A stretch of 63,850 nt of DNA, filler included, from Octopus bimaculoides (Eukaryota), in NCBI RefSeq assembly GCF_001194135.2. It is 7 parts of 7 records of this genome, joined end to end, with 100 filler letters (N's around TTAATTAATTAA, not from the genome) between each part and the next. Parts side by side here need not be neighbours in the genome. Positions count along the whole stretch, not along the records: positions 62,764 to 63,850 come from NC_068985.1; 6 more parts are not named here. One strand, 5' to 3'. Made by a program: the position numbers and the translations under genes. Below are positions 63,108 to 63,850 of this stretch, piece by piece. The notes under the pieces are model-generated. The model did no database searches and was not told the DNA's origin. It was given only the letters and a program-made list of their open reading frames with translations. Position 1 is the first letter of the stretch; the number at the start of each line of letters is the position of its first letter.

Positions 63108-63589
63108 AGGCTGTGTTGTATCGTAAGTAGCAGCTCTAGTAGAGCGGTCGATGTGATGTATTGTTTGGTTTGTGTATATAGTTCCCTCCCTTGAAGTTCT
63201 AAGTTCAAATCGCGCCAGAAGGGGCGGAGTGAGTTTCCTTTTTATAATTCCGTATTTTATATGAAAATAATTTTTAAAAAGTACCAGTAAAGTACTACAG
63301 TTAATTGTAAATAATTCCATTTTAATACATGGCCTGTGTCAGTCAGAATCTATTTCTACTATATAGTTGAATATCTTTACAGCCTGAATTGAGACCTAAT
63401 TGAAACTGTTTACTTTTACCCTTTCAATGAGCGAGAAATTAATAAACTAATCGGTACTTTTTGCTTATCTCACCCCCATTAAAAAACTGAGTTAATGTGA
63501 TGACGAGAGATTGGATTAAAAGAGTTAGATCCTTTTGATTCAATACTTCAACACATTACTGACGTTTGACCGTCCCAACAGGCATGGTA

Positions 63590-63850
63590 GGCGCAGGAGT
63601 GGCTGTGTGGTAAGTAGCTTCCTTACCAACCACATGGTTCCGGGTTCAGTTCCACTGCGTGGCACCTTGGGCAAGTGTCTTCTACTATAGCCTCGGGCCA
63701 ACCAAAGCTTTGTGAGTGGATTTGATAGACGGAAACTGGAAGAAGCTCGTCGTATATATGTATATATATATATATGTATGTGTGTGTATGTGTTTGTGTG
63801 TCTGTGTTTGTCCCCCAACATCGCTTGACAACCGATGCTGGTGTGTTTAC
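63590..63850 (+). mobile_element. SINE family B, runs off the window end
   Basis: gcgcaggagtggctgtgtggtaagtagcttcc...ggcaccttgggcaagtgtcttc. Confidence 0.85.

Overview
Eukaryotic, AT-rich, repeat-dense animal DNA with many N gaps and no prokaryotic features or CRISPR arrays. The microsatellite load, tRNA-type SINE families, RTE LINEs and KRAB-less '[10 protein letters not shown]' zinc-finger arrays point to an octopus genome (inference, not checked by search). The core is a C2H2 zinc-finger cluster with four members. ZNF-A (+, visible 22351-22902) has its 5' part in a gap. ZNF-B (-, 32351-34459) has 24 fingers. ZNF-C (+, 40005-40970) has 11 intact fingers behind about 4 decayed ones. ZNF-D (-, about 49640-50975) is a pseudogene broken by three insertions. 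B and C appear to be a head-to-head pair sharing a roughly 450-bp exon1/promoter interval with homologous splice acceptors. The rest is a mosaic of SINEs, RTE and R4/Dong-like LINE pieces, two Gypsy remnants, a solo LTR, Helitrons, Tc1/mariner, piggyBac and hAT MITEs, and five GG...CC MITEs with 8-9 bp TSDs (Merlin-like). The most unusual items are three zinc fingers with a recurrent 2-residue deletion, an apparently newly recruited ATG in ZNF-C, minimal hammerhead ribozyme motifs (one in the loop of a foldback with a 12-bp TSD), and a Gypsy whose own PPT+LTR+host flank is copied into its integrase. All calls come from reading the sequence by eye; most repeat boundaries are approximate.
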